The notes: generated by a model from the letters alone, not told the origin. A DNA stretch of 64,000 bases from Gammaproteobacteria bacterium (GCA_030430155.1 JAUIFV010000003.1:7166-71165); one strand, 5' to 3'; numbered from the stretch's first letter, positions 11,801-22,100 are shown. Translations and numbers: made by a program.

Positions 11801-14800
11801 CGGCCACATCGCCGGCGCCACACACCGAGCAGGGCTGGGTGACCTGCTTGATGTAGGGGCGGTCGAAGATGGACTGGTATTCGTAGGTGCGCAACGTGCC
11901 CAGCGGATCGATGACGGTGGTCTGGTTCTTGGCGTACTCGAAGCTGTGCTGATCGACATCGCCAGCGCGGTGATAGCTGAGCACCCTGCCCTTGTGGTCG
12001 TACTCCCAGGTGGCGACGCGGATGTTGCGTTCGTCGGTGATGCCGGTGAGGCCGAAGCGGTTGGACAGGTCCTCGTAGTGGTAGGTGCGGGTGCTGTTGT
12101 CTTCGTAGCGAACCTGGGTCAGGTTGCCGAATTCATCATGTTGGTAATGGGTCACTCTGCCGACCGGGTCGGTCATGGTTTCCAGGTAGGCGGTGTCGTC
12201 GGAATAGGTGAAGTTGAGCTCGCGACCGTAGCTGTCGGTGACCTTGATCGGCCGCAGGAAAGCGTCCCGGCTGATCGTGTGGGTCAACCCGGCGCGATGG
12301 CGGATGGTCTCCAATCGGCCCTGGGCGTCGTAGTGCTCGACGGTGTCTTGTGGGGTGCGGTATTCCCAGCCTGTGGTGTTCCCACCCGAGCTCAGCCGTT
12401 CCAGGGTGCCCGGAATATTGGTGTCGGGCACGTAGGCGTTGCTGCGCCAGTCGAACTGGTAGTAGCTGCCGTCGGGGCGTCGCAGCAGCAAGCTGTCGGG
12501 ACGCTCCTCGACCGGGAATGGCCCGCCGCCCACCGCTGGCGGCAGGCGGATGCTTTGGAAGTAGCTCGCGCTCCACTTCACGCCGACGAAATCGCCGCTC
12601 TTGGGCACCTGCGAGATGTAGGTCCGCACGAAACTCAGCGGGAAAGGTCCGGCGCCGTCGAAGTCGCGCTCGATCTGCCACTTGGCACCGGAGCCGACGG
12701 CGACCGGGTTGCCGACGGTCGGCCCGCCCATGCCGCGCTCGTCCTCGGTGCCCTGGGTCGGACCGCCAATTCCAAAGAAGTTGAGCGCTTCGCCGGCGAA
12801 GGGCATGCAGGGCGGTCCATAGGAGCAAGCGAGTTCGTTGATGGAATCGATTCCGAGTTCGATCAGCTCATCCTCGGTCAGCGTTTCCGATCCATCGATG
12901 ATTCCGCGCACCCACCTGGTGACTTCAGCGACCGCCATAGCGATGCTGATGATGGTGACCACTGCCGCCAGGATGGGCAAGATCACCGCCGCAGCGGGGG
13001 CTACGGCCGCGAACAGTGCGCTGAGGCCGGCCACCGCAAGCGTCTGTGCGGCCAAGCGACCGGCCCATGCCGCCAGGAAACGTCCTGCAATTGCGAGAAT
13101 CTTGGAGTTGCACAGCAGCTCAAGCGTTACGGCCCGCGCAATACAGCCAAACTCCAGACCACCGGCGAACCCCCCCTCGATTCGTTGAAGCGATGCCCCG
13201 GTGCTGGGCGAATAGATCACATAGCCGGCACCGCTCCAGTTGCGGTACTGCACCTCGCGTTCGTGGGCGACGACGATGAGGCCGTTGTTGACCGCGGATC
13301 GAATCTCGTTCTCGGCGTCCGACGAGAGCTGCAGTTCGGCCAAGGCCTGATTGACGTTGGCATTGGTAACCTGGAATAAGCGCTGGCCCTCGTCCATCGC
13401 CGCTTTCAGTAGAGTCGCAGTGGATGCGCCTAAGCCAATCCCACCAGTGCCGGCGAGCAGTGCCCAGGAGGCACTCTCCGACATGGATCCGGCGGCACCG
13501 ATGTGCAGCGCCGTGGGCGCCAGATCGTCGGCGTTGGGCAGGGTCAGGGCGATACCCGCCGCTTTGACGTCGGTGATCTGTCCGGCAGTAAAGGCGGTTC
13601 TGGGCACGCCAAAGAAGTAGCGAACCTGTAGGTTGGTGGCGAAGCTGCCCACCGACGGAACCCGCAGCGCTCGACCGCCCACGGAGCGAGCCGCCTGATC
13701 GTCCAGGTGGTCATGCATCATCCAGTACAGGGTCCCGCCGAAGTAGAGGCCGTCGACCATCTCGAATCGTCCGAAATCCGGCAGGCCCTGATGCTCCCGT
13801 TCGACACGCTCGGCGCCCATGCCGCCCAAGTTGGCGACGAACACGATCTGGCTGCCGGCGGGGAAGCGGTAGGCCTCCGTATTGGTCTGATTGCCGTGGA
13901 TGTCTCTGGTATCGGTCTTCCAGAAATGCAGCTGGCCCATGCGCCCTCCGCCCAGCTCGAACAGCAGCTCGTCACCCAGTCGCAGACGCGGTTTTACTCG
14001 CAGCTGGCCGAGCGGGATGGTGGTGGCGTTGTCGGTGACGTACTGGGCAATGGTCTGCGCATCGGCAGGCGTTGCCGGCGCGTAGTCGGCCTGTAGCCGA
14101 TGGGTACCCAGTCGCACAGTTTCGATGTTGACCTGCCGAGTCGGCGAGTCGTAGTTGAGCGAGGTCTGGTCGGCGTAGAACTTCACGCTGAGCACGTGCC
14201 GGGCGCTGGCAGGAAGCTCGGAGTAGCGCAGCACCGTCGCCGAGCGCAGCGGAAACGGCAGCGTTCCAGCGATGATCAGGCTGTCGATTTCGCGGATCTC
14301 GCGCTGATCGTAGAAGTCTTCAATCTCGATATCCGGGTAGGCCACCGGTAGATCGATGGCCAGCTGCTCGGCAATGTTGGTGATGGACCGGTCGAATCGA
14401 TTGAAGTCGAAGCCGCTCAGGCCGCCGGTGGCGTCCAAGGTGAGCTGATTGGCGAAGTCGACTACCGCGTTCTGCCGCGCATTCAAGGTCATCTGCCGCC
14501 ACGGCACCGCTGGCTGGTAGTCGTACTGCTTGAAGGCGACGTCCAATGGCACCCACTGGTCGGGGACGCGGTTGAGGCGGGCGCGGCTGGGGATGAAGTC
14601 GACGTAGGCTTCGACCCAGACGTGCTCGAACTGGATCGCCTTGATCCGACTGGCGACGATCACCGCGCCGGCGGGGACGCCGCCCTTCTGCAGCAGATCC
14701 AGGGCCATTTGCGGGGTGGACAGATCGCCCAGCCAGTTCTGCACCTGCTCCACCGGCAGCTCGACCACGCTCTTGACGTAGCGGGCCGGTGTGCCGGCGC

Positions 14801-15755
14801 TGCGCAGCAGGGCGATGGTCAGGCTGGCGATGTCGTAGGCGTTGCCGCTGCGATTGAGCAGGGTCAGGTCGGCGCCCTGGATGGAGCCGAAGGTGGGTTG
14901 GAATTCGATGTGGTTGTAGACCCAGCTGCGGATCGCGACCGGATCGTTGTTCAGCTCGGCGGCCAGGGCCTGGATTGCCGGGGTGAACGGCGCGTCCAAG
15001 GTAGGTGCCAAATCGGCCGGGCCGGGCGGGTCGGTGAAGGCCTTGGCCGCGGCTGCCTTGTCGGCGTCGCTGACCGGCTCGACGCCGGGTGCGGGCGTGC
15101 GCGCGGCGTCGGCAAGCTGCAGCGGCAGCTGGGCGGCGTCGATGGCGCTGTAGCCGCGAGCCTGCTGCTGTGGATCGAACCATTCGGCCAGATCGATCAG
15201 CTGGCTGCTGGTGCCGGGCAGCGAGCGGCGCGCGACCTCGCTGCGTAATCCGGCGATGCGGGTGCGGAATTCGGTGGCACGGGCGCGCACCTCGGCGAGC
15301 AGTTCGGTCTGGCGATCAATCACAACGCCGGGAATGCCACGTTCGCGCATGGCCTGGGTTTCGGCGTTCCAGTCGGCTTCGATCTGCGCTTCGAAATCGC
15401 CCAGCTGATCGAATTCGGCGAGGATGTGCTCGGCGACGGTCAGTGGCGCACGCTCGCCGGTGAGCGCCTGAACGTCCTCGAGATTGGGCGTTTCGGTGCC
15501 CTGCGGGCGGATCCAGCGCAGCTGCTCGGCGATGTCTTCGAGACGGTCGGAAACGGCGGCGATGCGCGCGTCGCGCTCCAGCACCATCAGCTGCTCGTCG
15601 ACGAAGGCCTGCACGTTGGCCTGGGCGGCGATGGCGCGGTGGGGAACCCAGTCGCTCGTGATGCTGATGATGACAACGGCGGCGCAGACTAGCAGCTGGG
15701 AGACCCAGCGAGTGTGGGTGTTGCGCGTGGTCATGTGGTTGTTGGCTTTGGTCAT
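8892..15755 (-). CDS. Rhs/YD-repeat polymorphic toxin with atypical N-terminal module and C-terminal HNH nuclease
   Basis: 2287-aa ORF. The N-terminal hydrophobic anchor is WVSQLLVCAAVVIISITS. The RHS region begins GNPVAVGSGAKWQIERDF. Many YD-type repeats are present (FTYNANGQRTG, YRYDDRQRL, FGYDDAGNLT, YGYDPNNNQT, YQYDAENRLT, YTYDRHGRIT). The core ends FRDYEAGSGRYLQSDPL...PTLAFDNYGL and is followed by a 99-aa tip. The alternative start at 15734 is also possible. Confidence 0.92.
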   Translation of the reverse strand: MTKANNHMTTRNTHTRWVSQLLVCAAVVIISITSDWVPHRAIAAQANVQAFVDEQLMVLERDARIAAVSDRLEDIAEQLRWIRPQGTETPNLEDVQALTGERAPLTVAEHILAEFDQLGDFEAQIEADWNAETQAMRERGIPGVVIDRQTELLAEVRARATEFRTRIAGLRSEVARRSLPGTSSQLIDLAEWFDPQQQARGYSAIDAAQLPLQLADAARTPAPGVEPVSDADKAAAAKAFTDPPGPADLAPTLDAPFTPAIQALAAELNNDPVAIRSWVYNHIEFQPTFGSIQGADLTLLNRSGNAYDIASLTIALLRSAGTPARYVKSVVELPVEQVQNWLGDLSTPQMALDLLQKGGVPAGAVIVASRIKAIQFEHVWVEAYVDFIPSRARLNRVPDQWVPLDVAFKQYDYQPAVPWRQMTLNARQNAVVDFANQLTLDATGGLSGFDFNRFDRSITNIAEQLAIDLPVAYPDIEIEDFYDQREIREIDSLIIAGTLPFPLRSATVLRYSELPASARHVLSVKFYADQTSLNYDSPTRQVNIETVRLGTHRLQADYAPATPADAQTIAQYVTDNATTIPLGQLRVKPRLRLGDELLFELGGGRMGQLHFWKTDTRDIHGNQTNTEAYRFPAGSQIVFVANLGGMGAERVEREHQGLPDFGRFEMVDGLYFGGTLYWMMHDHLDDQAARSVGGRALRVPSVGSFATNLQVRYFFGVPRTAFTAGQITDVKAAGIALTLPNADDLAPTALHIGAAGSMSESASWALLAGTGGIGLGASTATLLKAAMDEGQRLFQVTNANVNQALAELQLSSDAENEIRSAVNNGLIVVAHEREVQYRNWSGAGYVIYSPSTGASLQRIEGGFAGGLEFGCIARAVTLELLCNSKILAIAGRFLAAWAGRLAAQTLAVAGLSALFAAVAPAAAVILPILAAVVTIISIAMAVAEVTRWVRGIIDGSETLTEDELIELGIDSINELACSYGPPCMPFAGEALNFFGIGGPTQGTEDERGMGGPTVGNPVAVGSGAKWQIERDFDGAGPFPLSFVRTYISQVPKSGDFVGVKWSASYFQSIRLPPAVGGGPFPVEERPDSLLLRRPDGSYYQFDWRSNAYVPDTNIPGTLERLSSGGNTTGWEYRTPQDTVEHYDAQGRLETIRHRAGLTHTISRDAFLRPIKVTDSYGRELNFTYSDDTAYLETMTDPVGRVTHYQHDEFGNLTQVRYEDNSTRTYHYEDLSNRFGLTGITDERNIRVATWEYDHKGRVLSYHRAGDVDQHSFEYAKNQTTVIDPLGTLRTYEYQSIFDRPYIKQVTQPCSVCGAGDVAETTYDSRGLIASRTDFRNAQTLYTRNSRGLIETMTEAVGTPVSRITRKQWHPDYYLPTRMEDPITGGTRITELVYDPEGNLTDKTVTTPGEVRQWTFTYNANGQRTGADGPRTDVADTMAYTYHPDGTLATRTDAVGNQWDYTDYDADGQLRRMVDPNGLVTTYRYDDRQRLLEINEDDEITAFGYDDAGNLTRITLPDASYIEYVFDDAERIREVRDNLGHRLVYQLDGQGNRTVEERFDRNGDLLQTMRRVYDGIGRLKEHYGAEDQLTEYGYDPNNNQTSVRDPNQLLTQHRYDPLNRLDQTINPLLGEIEFAYDAQDNLTQVSDPREVTTSYAYNGFDELTRLTSPDTGITDYDYDPAGNLLSRTDARGVEATYQYDAENRLTQIDYPAHNGQPAETLSFSYDDSSNGNAGKGRLTAIADGSGNTTLTYDRHGRITAKTQTVGNGTARTLQTSYLPNGRVEGHVLPSGAVCRYSYRADGRVLSITVNGVEIVSEIDYYAFGEVRRWDYATTGQYQRAFDQDGRIREHSAGSASRSIAFDPASRITAIADNAGDRHDWSFGYDDLDRLTSADNPATQGPVAATSLAWDYDPTGNRTSQTNAGTPLSYSIDPNSNRLLQVGANARQYDEVGNTLNDGNGITSTYSPRNRLIQTSNAGLSTTYAHNGFGERVCKAIDSSQACASSTDRIEYVYDENGHLIGEYPVGGITAPAVEYVWLDDTPIAVLQRRTGSTNGGPTGGGTATVWSGTQAGGVDVYYLHPDHLDTPRVVVNAQNQEIWRWDAGPFGDTVADEQPSGGLPSYTHNLRFPGQQYDRETGSHYNYFRDYEAGSGRYLQSDPLAESPEFQEDSDSYRYGWNSPTLAFDNYGLASERRPDWQSSVRPTITKRQGGNCNVCGNKLTKGWPIHHKFIHWAKGRDFINKLCISDARKKSWKKKFFNFLPNLEGLCQSCHIAIHKKKKRWWDVFKN
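8895..9191 (-). other. C-terminal toxin domain: zinc-finger HNH endonuclease
   Basis: ASERRPDW...GGNCNVCGNKL..WPIHHKF...PNLEGLCQSCHIAIH, i.e. the CxxC...HH...N...CxxCHxxxH pattern of HNH nucleases. It begins immediately after the PxxxxDxxGL-type boundary (PTLAFDNYGL, L codon ending at 9192). Confidence 0.8.
9192..12713 (-). repeat. RHS/YD repeat shell region including the conserved RHS core
   Basis: Degenerate YD repeats run from about aa 1015 to the core motif; see the CDS evidence. Confidence 0.85.
12918..13103 (-). other. internal hydrophobic helix cluster just upstream of the RHS shell
   Basis: aa ~885-946: ILAIAGRFLAAWAGRLAAQTLAVAGLSALFAAVAPAAAVILPILAAVVTIISIAMAVAEV. This is long enough for 2-3 TM helices. 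Confidence 0.6.
14556..14948 (-). other. transglutaminase-core-like domain lacking the catalytic Cys
   Basis: DPVAIRSWVYNHIEF...NRSGNAYDIASLTIALLRSAGTPARYV...FEHVWVEAYVDF...WVPLDVAF follows the transglutaminase-core pattern (G-x-C-x-D..A..LLRA.GIPAR...H.W.E.Y...W..D). An Ala sits where the nucleophile Cys is expected (GNAYD). Confidence 0.55.
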
Positions 15756-15893
15756 GAGGTCATGAATCGCGCGAGTGGGTTGAGCGCCGAGGGAAGTCCG
15801 GGGCTGCTTTGAGGGGCTTGGCCGTTTGGTTGCCAGCGGGGCTGGCGATGAGCTTGGTCGCGGTTAGCGGTGCTTGTCGGCGCGGTGTGGTTT

Positions 15894-16116
15894 CTGATCG
15901 CGTGCAAGCACGCTCCTACCCAGAGCTGGGGGATCGCTGCCGGTGCGTTTGAGCTCCACCGCGTTACGGTAGATCTGATCGCCAGCAATCTTGGCGCGTT
16001 ACCACTTCTGATCGCGTGCAAGCACGCTCCTACCGAGAATTGGAGGATCACCGCAGGGGTCTTCGGCAGCGCCGGATTCTGGTCGATCTGATCGCCCGCA
16101 AGCTGGCTCCTACAGG
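15894..16116 (+). repeat. REP-element cluster (two tandem composite units, four REP-like palindromes) between the 2638-aa gene and the Rhs gene
   Basis: ctgatcgcgtgcaagcacgctcctacc at 15894-15920 and 16008-16034, with variants ctgatcgccagcaatcttggcg (15974-15998) and ctgatcgcccgcaagctggctcctacagg (16088-16116). The core palindrome is GCGTGC-AA-GCACGC followed by CTCCTAC, a classic GTAGGAGC-type REP on the opposite strand. The sequences between the REPs are also related. Confidence 0.8.
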
Positions 16117-16173
16117 TGAGGTGCGAGTCGCGCTGACCGACCGAACGGACCAAAGTCTTCAGTCGATTACTCA

Positions 16174-19100
16174 TCACGGCTGACCTCGCTGATGAATGGC
16201 GAGCAGGCCGAGGGCGCTGATCAGCAGCAGCAGCCAGATCAGCTGCCGATTGGCCGGGATCGGGTAGAGGATCAGGGTCTCGCCGAGGTCGATGACGGTG
16301 ACTTCGACCTCGTCGCTGCCGAGCGCGGCGTAGATCGGGTCTTCGGTCTGGATCGCGGCGATGCCGACGACGATGATCTGCTCGCCGTTTACCCTCTCGT
16401 TGTCGCTGGTTTGCAGCAGCAGCGGCTGCGGATCGTTCCAGCTATCGGGATTGAAGCTGAGCTGCAGCGGCTCCAGCACGAAGTCCAGCGCGTCGGGCTC
16501 GCCGGGCGGGGCGATCATCGCGGCGACGGTCAGCTGCACGGGCGCCACCGGCTCGGTGAGCAGGCGCAGACTCAGGTCGGTGCTCTCGCCTTCGGTGATC
16601 TGCGCCGGCCCGGTGAGCAACAGTTCGATGGCAGCCTCGTCGTCGTCGAGGTTGGTTGCTTGCAGCGTCTCGGCCAGGTCGGCGAAGTCAGGATCTTCGC
16701 TGCTGCCGACGACGATGTTCAGGTCCACGGTCTGGTCGCCATCGTCGACGCGGTCGTCGACGCCGCTGAGCAGCACCTCCTGCGGCGCGGTGCCGTTGTC
16801 GGCGTTGAATACCAGCTCCAGTGGTGCCAGGGTGATTTCGGCTTCGTTTGCGCTGCTGATCGCCAGCCGCACTTCGCCGCTGGGCGCGCGATTGAAGCGG
16901 ATGCTGAAGCGCCCGCCGTCGCCACTCTCGCTGGTTTCCAGGTCAACAGGCTCGATCACCAAGGCCACATCGTCGTCGCGATTGAGCGCCGGCACGTCCG
17001 GCGGATCGATGCCGGCGAAGCGCTCGTCGTCACTCACCGCCGCGCCGATCACGATCAGATCGCTGATGTCGCCGTCGACCAGATCATCGTCAACGCCGGT
17101 CACGGTCAGACTTTGGCCGTCCTGCCAGTTGTCGCCGTCCAGCACCAGCTCGATCTGATCGAAACTCCACTCGCTGGGATCGGGATTGGTCAGCGGGAAG
17201 CGCACCGGCGCGCTGGGCTGGGTGCTCAGGCTGAGGGTGATCAGCGCGGTGCTGCCGCCTTCATCGGTTTCGATGCCATCGGTTGGAGTCAGGTTGACCT
17301 CGGCCGGCAGGTCATCGTCACGGTTGATCGCCGGCACATTCGCCGGATCCAGACCGTTGTAGACCGGATCGGCGCTGACCGCCGGAGCCAGGTCGATGAC
17401 GCCGAGGACATCACCGTCGATCTCGAAATCGTTGACGCCGGTTACCACCACCACCTGCGGCGCGTTCCAGTTGTCGGTGCTGAAAATGATCTGATCCTGG
17501 CTCAGACTCCACTCGCTGCTATCGGGGTTGCTCAGGGCGATGGAGACCTCTGCCGCCGGCTGGGCGGTCAGACGCAGCTCGATATTGGCCGTGGTTCCGG
17601 TTTCAGACGTCTCCACGCTGCCGCTGGGCAGCACCACGACCTGGGCGACCTCGTTGTCCAGATTGGTGACCCGCACGTTGGGCGGATCGATGCCGGCGTA
17701 GCGGTTGTCGTCGCTGACCGCCGACTGCAGGTCGATGGCGCCCAACACGTTGCCGTCGGCGATCGCGTCATCCACGCCGGTGATGGTGACCACCACGGGC
17801 GCGGTGGCGCCGGCGGCGAAGACCACCTCGGTGACGTCCAGCGCGAATTCACTGGGATCCGGATTGACCAGCGACACGCTAACCGCAGCGATCGGCGCCT
17901 CGGTCAGACTGACGCTGAAGCTGGCGCTGGCGCCGCCTTCGTCGGTGATCAGGCCCTGCGTGGGCATGACCAGGATCTGCGCCGCATCGTTGTCCAGGTT
18001 GGTCAGCTGCACGTCCGGCGGGTCGATGCCGGCGTAGTTGGGGTCGGCGCTGGCGGCAGGCAATAGGGCCAAGAGGGCGGTCTGGTCGCCGTCCACCTGA
18101 TTGTCGTCCACCGGCGTGACCACCACGCTGTATCCGGCCTGCCAGTTCCCGGCGTCCAGCACCACCTGCAGATCCAGAATCTGCCATTCGCTGCTGTCCA
18201 CCGGCCCGATAGCGATGGTCACGGGCGCGCTGGGCGCGGCGCTCAGACGGACCACGAAATTCTCCGCGGTCCCACCCTCGGCGGTGATCAGGCTGGTCGG
18301 CTCGACGATGATCATCGGCGCTTCGTCGTCCAGATTGCGGGCGAAGACGTCGTCCGGATCGATGCCGGCGAAGCGCAGATCGGTGCTGTCCACCGGCGCC
18401 AGGATGATGCTGCCCTGGATGGTGCCGTCGAGTTCGCTGTCGTCGACGCCGGTGACCACCACGCTCTGCGCCTCGGTCCAGTTCAGTGCGTCGATGACCA
18501 ACTCGGTCGGTTCGATGCTCCATTCGCTGCTGTCCGAGCTGAGCATCTCGATCAACAGCGGCGCGGTGGGCTCGGCATTGACCTGCACGGTGAAGGTAGC
18601 CGTGGTGCCGGTCTCGCTGGTCTCCACCAGCAGCGGGGTCACCCAGACCTGTGCCGGGTCGTCGTCCAGGTTCTCAATCAACACATCCGGGCCGTCCACT
18701 CCGTCAAAGTCCGGATCGGCGCTGGTCGCCGGCAGGACTTCGATGCTGCCCTGCTGGGTGCCGTCGACCAGGTCGTCATCCACGCCTTGCACGGTCACGG
18801 TGCGCGGCAGTTCCCAGTTGGCAGGGGTGAAGCTCAACGATGTCACCGGCAGCAACCATTCGCTGCTGTCGCTGGACTGCAGGTTGACGTTGACCTCAGC
18901 ACTCGGCGCGCGCGAGAGGCGGACGCTGAACTCGGCGCTTTGGCCGGCCTCGGAGGTGATCAGGCCGAACAGCGGGGTGACGATGATCTCGGCCGGCGGC
19001 GGCCCGGTGACCACGAAGGGCTCGCTGTCCAAAAGACGCCAGCTGCCGTCGCTCTGCGCCACTTCCAGCAGACAGGCATGATCGCCGGCCAGGTAGCCGG

Positions 19101-22100
19101 AGGTACTCAGAAGCTGACTGCCGACGAAATCCGATCCCGGCTGCAGATCGATCGTCACCACCTGCTCAAAGTGCACCGTGGCGGTCTGCAGATCAACCGC
19201 CCGCTGCCGCAGCTGAACGCCCAGCAACGGTTGCGGGCCCAGGCTGCGTGCGGTGTACAGGCAAGTTTGCGGCTGGCCGGCGGCAATCTGGGCCAGCGCC
19301 ACGTCGACCAGGCCCTGCACGGCGTCCCCGGCGTCCGCCACACGGGCGAAGCTGGCGCTGGCCTGGTCGTATTCGAAGCCGGTCAGTGCCGAGCGCAGGC
19401 GCGCAGTCGCGCTGTAGGCGCCGGCGGCGAAGGCGCCGTCGACGCTGATCTGGCCATCGACAAAGGCGCCGGCGAACAGGTCATTGAGTGCAATGGTCCG
19501 CTGCAGCGTGTAGCCGTCCGGGCCGTTGACGCTGATCAGAACCTCGGGTCGGCGTATAGACTCCGAATCCGACAGGTTCTGCGCACGGTAGGACAGCAGC
19601 GCCACTTCGCTGGGCCCGTACAGATCCTTGCTCGCCGCCAACGCAATGCTTCCCGCCGGACCACTGACGTCGCCAGCGATGCTGAAGTTGGCCATGGCCG
19701 TGTCGATCACCGCACCTTGCGCGTTGAGCAGGCGGCCAAACAGCACGTAGTTGCCGGCCAGACTCCCGGCGCTGGACCAGTCTCGGCTGCGCAGTTCGCT
19801 GCCGGCGGCGGGTATCGCGACGAAGCCTTCGGGATCGAAGCTGGCGGTGGTCTGGCCGGCGCCGTTGCGGATCGCCCACTCGACGACGTAGTCGGCGGTC
19901 AGTCCACCGGTATTGCTGACCTGAGCGCTGAGCTGCACCAGATCGCCGGGACGGTAGCTGACTCTATCGGTACTCAGCTGCAGATCGCCGCGCCCGTTGG
20001 TGGCGCTGAAGGGGATCACCCGACGATTGTTCTCCTCGCGGCACTCGCGAGCGCGAGCGCGCTGGTCGACGACGGCATAGAGATCCCCGCTACCGGCCAG
20101 ATTCACCTCGCCCAGACTGACGATCTGGAAGCGGGCCGGACGCAACGTGTCCAGGCGGATTTCATTCAGCAGCGTGCCGCCGGCGTCGGGTTCGCCGCGA
20201 TAGATGCCGATGTATGGCGGCTCGTGCGACTCCACCGGACCCGCGTTGCCGACCCGCACCTGCACCACCGGATTGTTGCCGGGGCCCTGGTCAATCAGGC
20301 GTAGATCGCCGACGCTGAAGTCGGGCATGCCCAGCGGATCGGGCAGCGGACTGCGCTGCACCCGGTAGGTGTTGTGAGTCAGCCAGGACGGAGTCTCCAA
20401 CAGCGGAATAGTGCTGTCCTCGTTGATCTCATTGACATGGAAAGAGTGCGAGCCCCAAACCGAACCTGCATCCGCCCAGGCGCCGCCGGCGGCTTCGAAG
20501 ACGCGAATCCCCTGGGTGTTTCCGGTCTGGAAATCGTTATCGCTGCTGACGACGATGAACTCAGCCTCCTTGTCGCCATCGACATCAGCAACCACCGGGT
20601 TTTCCAATACAGTGTTGGAATTGTTGCGCGTGCGGAAAAGCTGAGCGCCGGTGCGCGCATCCAGGATGCGGATGTCGGTATTGTCGACGTGCAGGACTTC
20701 ATATAAACCGTCGTTTTCGAAGTCGAAGACTGTGGGCGTGGTAATGCCGCCAGCGTCGTCTATCGCCACGTCCCACTTGACCGTGCCGTCGGATTCGAAA
20801 ACGGTCAGGCGCGTGGTTGAGGAGACCAGGATCTCCGGCAGTCCGTCGGCATCCAAATCGATCACCGCAGGGGAGCCCATGTAGTTGAAATCGGGAGCGG
20901 ACTTGGGCCCCCAGATGGTCTCGCCGGTATGTTCAAGCAGGTAGAGATCGTCGTCTGCGACCAGGACGATCTCGGCAAAATCGTCCAAATCGAAGTTGCC
21001 CAGGGCGGTCATTGCTGAGCGCCCATACTCGGTGTCGTCGAAGTCGACACCCACCTCGGGATTGATGTCACCTCGATGCCAGATGGCACGCCCTTCAACG
21101 TCGTAGAGGGTGCGGCCGGCGAGCACATCAACCACGCCGTTGAGGTCGACGTCGGCGGCGATTGCGGCGACCGAATTGGCTATGCGGAGGGGGAAGGGTG
21201 TCGGCAGTCCGCCGATCAGGCCTCCGGCGTCGAACTCTCCAATCCAGAGTCGTTCGCCGTCAAAGCCACTGAATGCAGCCCGACCATAAATCACTTCGGC
21301 TTCGCTATCGCCTTCCAGATTGACAATCACTGGCTGATCGAACACATAGGGTTCAGGACCGATGAAGAAGTTCCCTATCCCCGGACCACCGGTGGGCTGT
21401 CGCCACTTGAGGGTTCCGTCGTTCTCGAAGGCGATGATTTCCTGCCGGTATCCCCTGACGACGACGATTTCGGCAATGCCGTCGTTGTCCAAATCGCCCA
21501 CCGCGGGCGAGGAAAAATGCGAAAGGACGATGTCAGTGCGCGACCACAGCTCACGGCCATCGTCACCACTCAGGGCAACCAAGGCGGTCCGTGACGGGTT
21601 GATGGCATTGCGCTGTCCGGCGACGAAGACGATATCCGGGATGTCGTACTGATTGATCACCCCGTCGCCGTTGTCATCGCTCAACTGCACCACCGAGGGC
21701 ACCTGTACTACCGAGTTGATCTGCGGATCGCTGGACAATCCTTCCCAGTGCCAGGCCAACTGCACCGTGTCCTGAGCGATGAATGCCGGGGTCACCTGGC
21801 AGCCGAGCAGACTGGAGCCGGTGTTGTTGCTCTCCTCCTGTTCAGGAATCTCCAGTTCCGCATCGGCCCAAAAGGCCACCGGCGCGTCGCGGAAACTGAG
21901 CTGGGCGCGCACCGCGATATCGACGCTTGCGCTGCCGCCGACCGGCAGGTCTTCAGTGGCCCGCACCCGACCGACTTCGGGCTCGATGGCACTGTCAAAG
22001 ATGCCGTTGCCATTGCCGTCGACAAAGGCGATCAGGGTGTAGTCCTGAGTCAGTGAGGCGCTGCCACGATTGGCAATCTCCACGGTGAACTGGCTGTCCA

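Noticed and set aside
10620-13379. 919-aa plus-strand ORF
   Set aside because: It is fully antisense to the Rhs gene. The translation is low-complexity and rich in G/A/V/D/R, as is typical of antisense frames in high-GC DNA, with no motifs. The minus-strand frame has clear YD repeats.
15894-16116. Possible CRISPR array (regularly spaced ~27-bp repeats)
   Set aside because: There are only four imperfect copies with 34-80-bp irregular spacing. The so-called spacers are themselves homologous to each other (tandem composite unit). The repeat is a typical GTAGGAGC-type REP palindrome, and no cas genes are present.
15752-16177. 141-aa minus-strand ORF between the 2638-aa gene and the Rhs gene
   Set aside because: It is composed of translated REP elements (the repeated VGACLHAIR segment comes from the REP palindrome). 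It is not a gene.
16192-18066. 624-aa plus-strand ORF, plus the similar 18787..20304 (505 aa) and 18101..19081 ORFs
   Set aside because: They are antisense to the 2638-aa gene and are high-GC open-frame artefacts. The minus frame encodes well-structured Calx-beta-like repeats.
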